DNA from: Protoeuglena noctilucae
Lineage: Eukaryota
Reading direction: 5' to 3'
Assembly (NCBI GenBank): GCA_958009085.1
Contig: OY253671.1
Span: 372,001-436,000 of the forward strand
DNA: 64,000 nucleotides
The first letter of the stretch is position 1; each line of letters begins with the position of its first letter. Position numbers and translations under genes: made by a program. The notes under the pieces are model-generated. The model was not told the DNA's origin. It was given only the letters and a program-made list of their open reading frames with translations, and did not search any database. Positions 62,406 to 64,000 of the stretch are shown piece after piece.

Positions 62406-63379
62406 AGATACACGCCATTAGGGCGTACCTGGGTAGCCCTGCTCTGGTCTAGCGTAGGCAGGCTGCGCTTAGGACCATTCCGAGTTCAAGTCAAGGTCTA
62501 CTGGTCTCCACTCGACATGCTGCTGAGTAACTGGCGCAGCTACCCTGTCGAGGTAAGGGCCGCTCGGACCTACCAGGGACCCCAGGACCAGCCACAGGCG
62601 GCCTGGAGAGAGTTTCCCTATCAGTCGCGACCGGGTTGGTCGTGCCGGGCTCACTCCCCCACAGGGCGCAGCGTGGCTTGAGCGGGTCCGACCCAGAGAG
62701 ACAGTGGGCCCTCTGTGGATATATATGCGGCGGGGGCATCGAGGAGCCCATGGGCGACCGCCGCACAACGAGCAAGTAGGACCGCTCAGGGCACGGCTGC
62801 GTCGGGAGGGTGAGCCTGGATGAGGCGTGCCGGTCTGGCTGCCTTGGAGGTCTGGGGTGGAGGACGTCGTGTCGTCGGGTGGGCGCAGTTCCGGAGCTAC
62901 CGATGTGAGACAAGGCTCTGGGGGCCTCCACGGAGTACCCCTGGAATGCTTCGCCCCGCGAGGGGCGGCGGTTCGGCCTTCGGGCGCGGTAGAGAGGACT
63001 GGGGGTGTTCGGACCCCGGAGCGGCGGCCCCTGTACCTTCGGGTGGGGAGGCTTAGCGGGGGCGGGTCTTGTGCCAATGCACTGCGAAGATGGCATCCCC
63101 GGGGTTTTGCGGCCCCGGGGAATGGCACTCCTGTCACTGAGCTTGCTTGGTGGCTGGGCCCTGACGGGCCTTAGTACCTCTCTCTGTTGAACTGCACATA
63201 TCATTGCACCAGGCCAATCACCAGCCCAACGTCGCTGTCCTCCTCGCTATTGTCACTCTCATTACGCCTTGGGGGGGTCTTGGAAGGGGGGGGCTACTGT
63301 CGCTCTCCTCCCCAAGGCGGCCGGGCGGCCGGGCCTTGAGTCTTGGGGGGAGGCGGCCGGGCGCGGGTGGGGGCGGCAA

Positions 63380-63830
63380 GGCCGAAGGTGGGCATGGTGA
63401 GACCAGCAAGCCGGCCAGGCGGGAGGGGAGCGAAGATGTCAAAGGCGGGCATGGCGAGGCCAGCCAGCCGGCTGGCCGCGAAGGGGCGGGCGGGTGCGAA
63501 GAGGCGGGCGGGCGCGGAGGGACCAGCAGGCGCGGAGTGGCGGGTGGGCGCGGGGGGGCGGGCGGGCGCGGAGTGGCAGGCGGGCGCGGAGGGGCCAGCA
63601 GGCTGGCCGCCCCCGCCCCCGGCCGGCCTGCCGCTGGCCCGGTCCTCGCTCTCGAGCTTGCTCTTGCTGGAGCCCCGCTTGCGCTTGACGGAGCCCACCC
63701 CCCCACCCACAGCCCCCCCCTCGACCACCTGGCCGCGCCCGCCCCCGGACCCCCGCGCTGCCCAGCCGATGGCCCTGCCCTCCCTCTCGAGCTCCCTTTT
63801 CAAGGAGCCCAACTTGCGCTTCACGGCAAA
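63380..63830. repeat. Imperfect GC-rich tandem repeats (~57-nt and ~36-nt units, plus a longer duplicated block)
   Basis: gggcatgg(t/c)gag(a/g)ccagc(a/c)agccggc x2; gggcgcggagg..ccagcaggc / gcgcggagtggc x2-3; ctctcgagct..ggagccc..cttgcgctt x2. Confidence 0.6.
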
Positions 63831-64000
63831 GACTCCCCTGCCGACGAAAAGTCCATCATCTTGAAGCAGCGCCTGCACGCGAGTGAGATCACGTGTGTGG
63901 GGTGCTTGCTTGCGAGGGGGGCCCTGGCGGGGTACCAACTGCGCCTGGCATTGCTAGGGCGCGACTACTGGTATGCGTGTAGCACAGGTCTGGGGTAAGA

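Noticed and set aside
57483..63136. Solo LTR (TGTTAG...CTGTCA) as the host of the PLE
   Set aside because: No matching TSD, PBS or polypurine tract at the candidate ends.
63294..63938. 214-aa minus-strand ORF
   Set aside because: Translation of tandem repeats, no ATG start and no recognisable domain; context lies beyond the window edge.

Overview
GC-rich, compact, intron-rich eukaryotic nuclear DNA, most consistent with a flagellated green alga. The evidence is flagellar genes, a GARP transcription factor, a plant-type PECT1 and TGTAA poly(A)-like signals; the taxon itself is an inference. Positions 1-52854 are a dense block of about 19 spliced genes: EB1, APC5, ALG9, a nucleus-encoded organellar-type S4, CFAP20DC, a potato-I protease inhibitor, SARNP/MOS11, CMC2, PPCDC, a long coiled-coil protein, site-1 protease, a GARP TF, PECT1, an EF-hand protein, a thioredoxin-like dynein light chain, N6AMT1, CFAP36 and a degenerate class III cyclase, plus a partial unknown gene at the left edge. 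After a 200-N gap the sequence becomes repeat-rich. It holds a convergent tRNA-Pro/tRNA-Asp pair framed by inverted upstream modules, and a 5'-truncated L1-type LINE with a 12-bp TSD and an oligo(T) rather than poly(A) tail. It also holds an intact Penelope-like retroelement (N-terminal GIY-YIG plus RT, ~350-bp pLTRs, 7-bp TSD) whose 3' UTR carries an array of its own target-like motif, followed by a tetraloop-rich structured segment. Other highlights are a probable bicistronic CMC2-PPCDC locus (7-nt spacer) and repeated use of GC-AG introns. All gene models were assembled by eye and no database searches were run.
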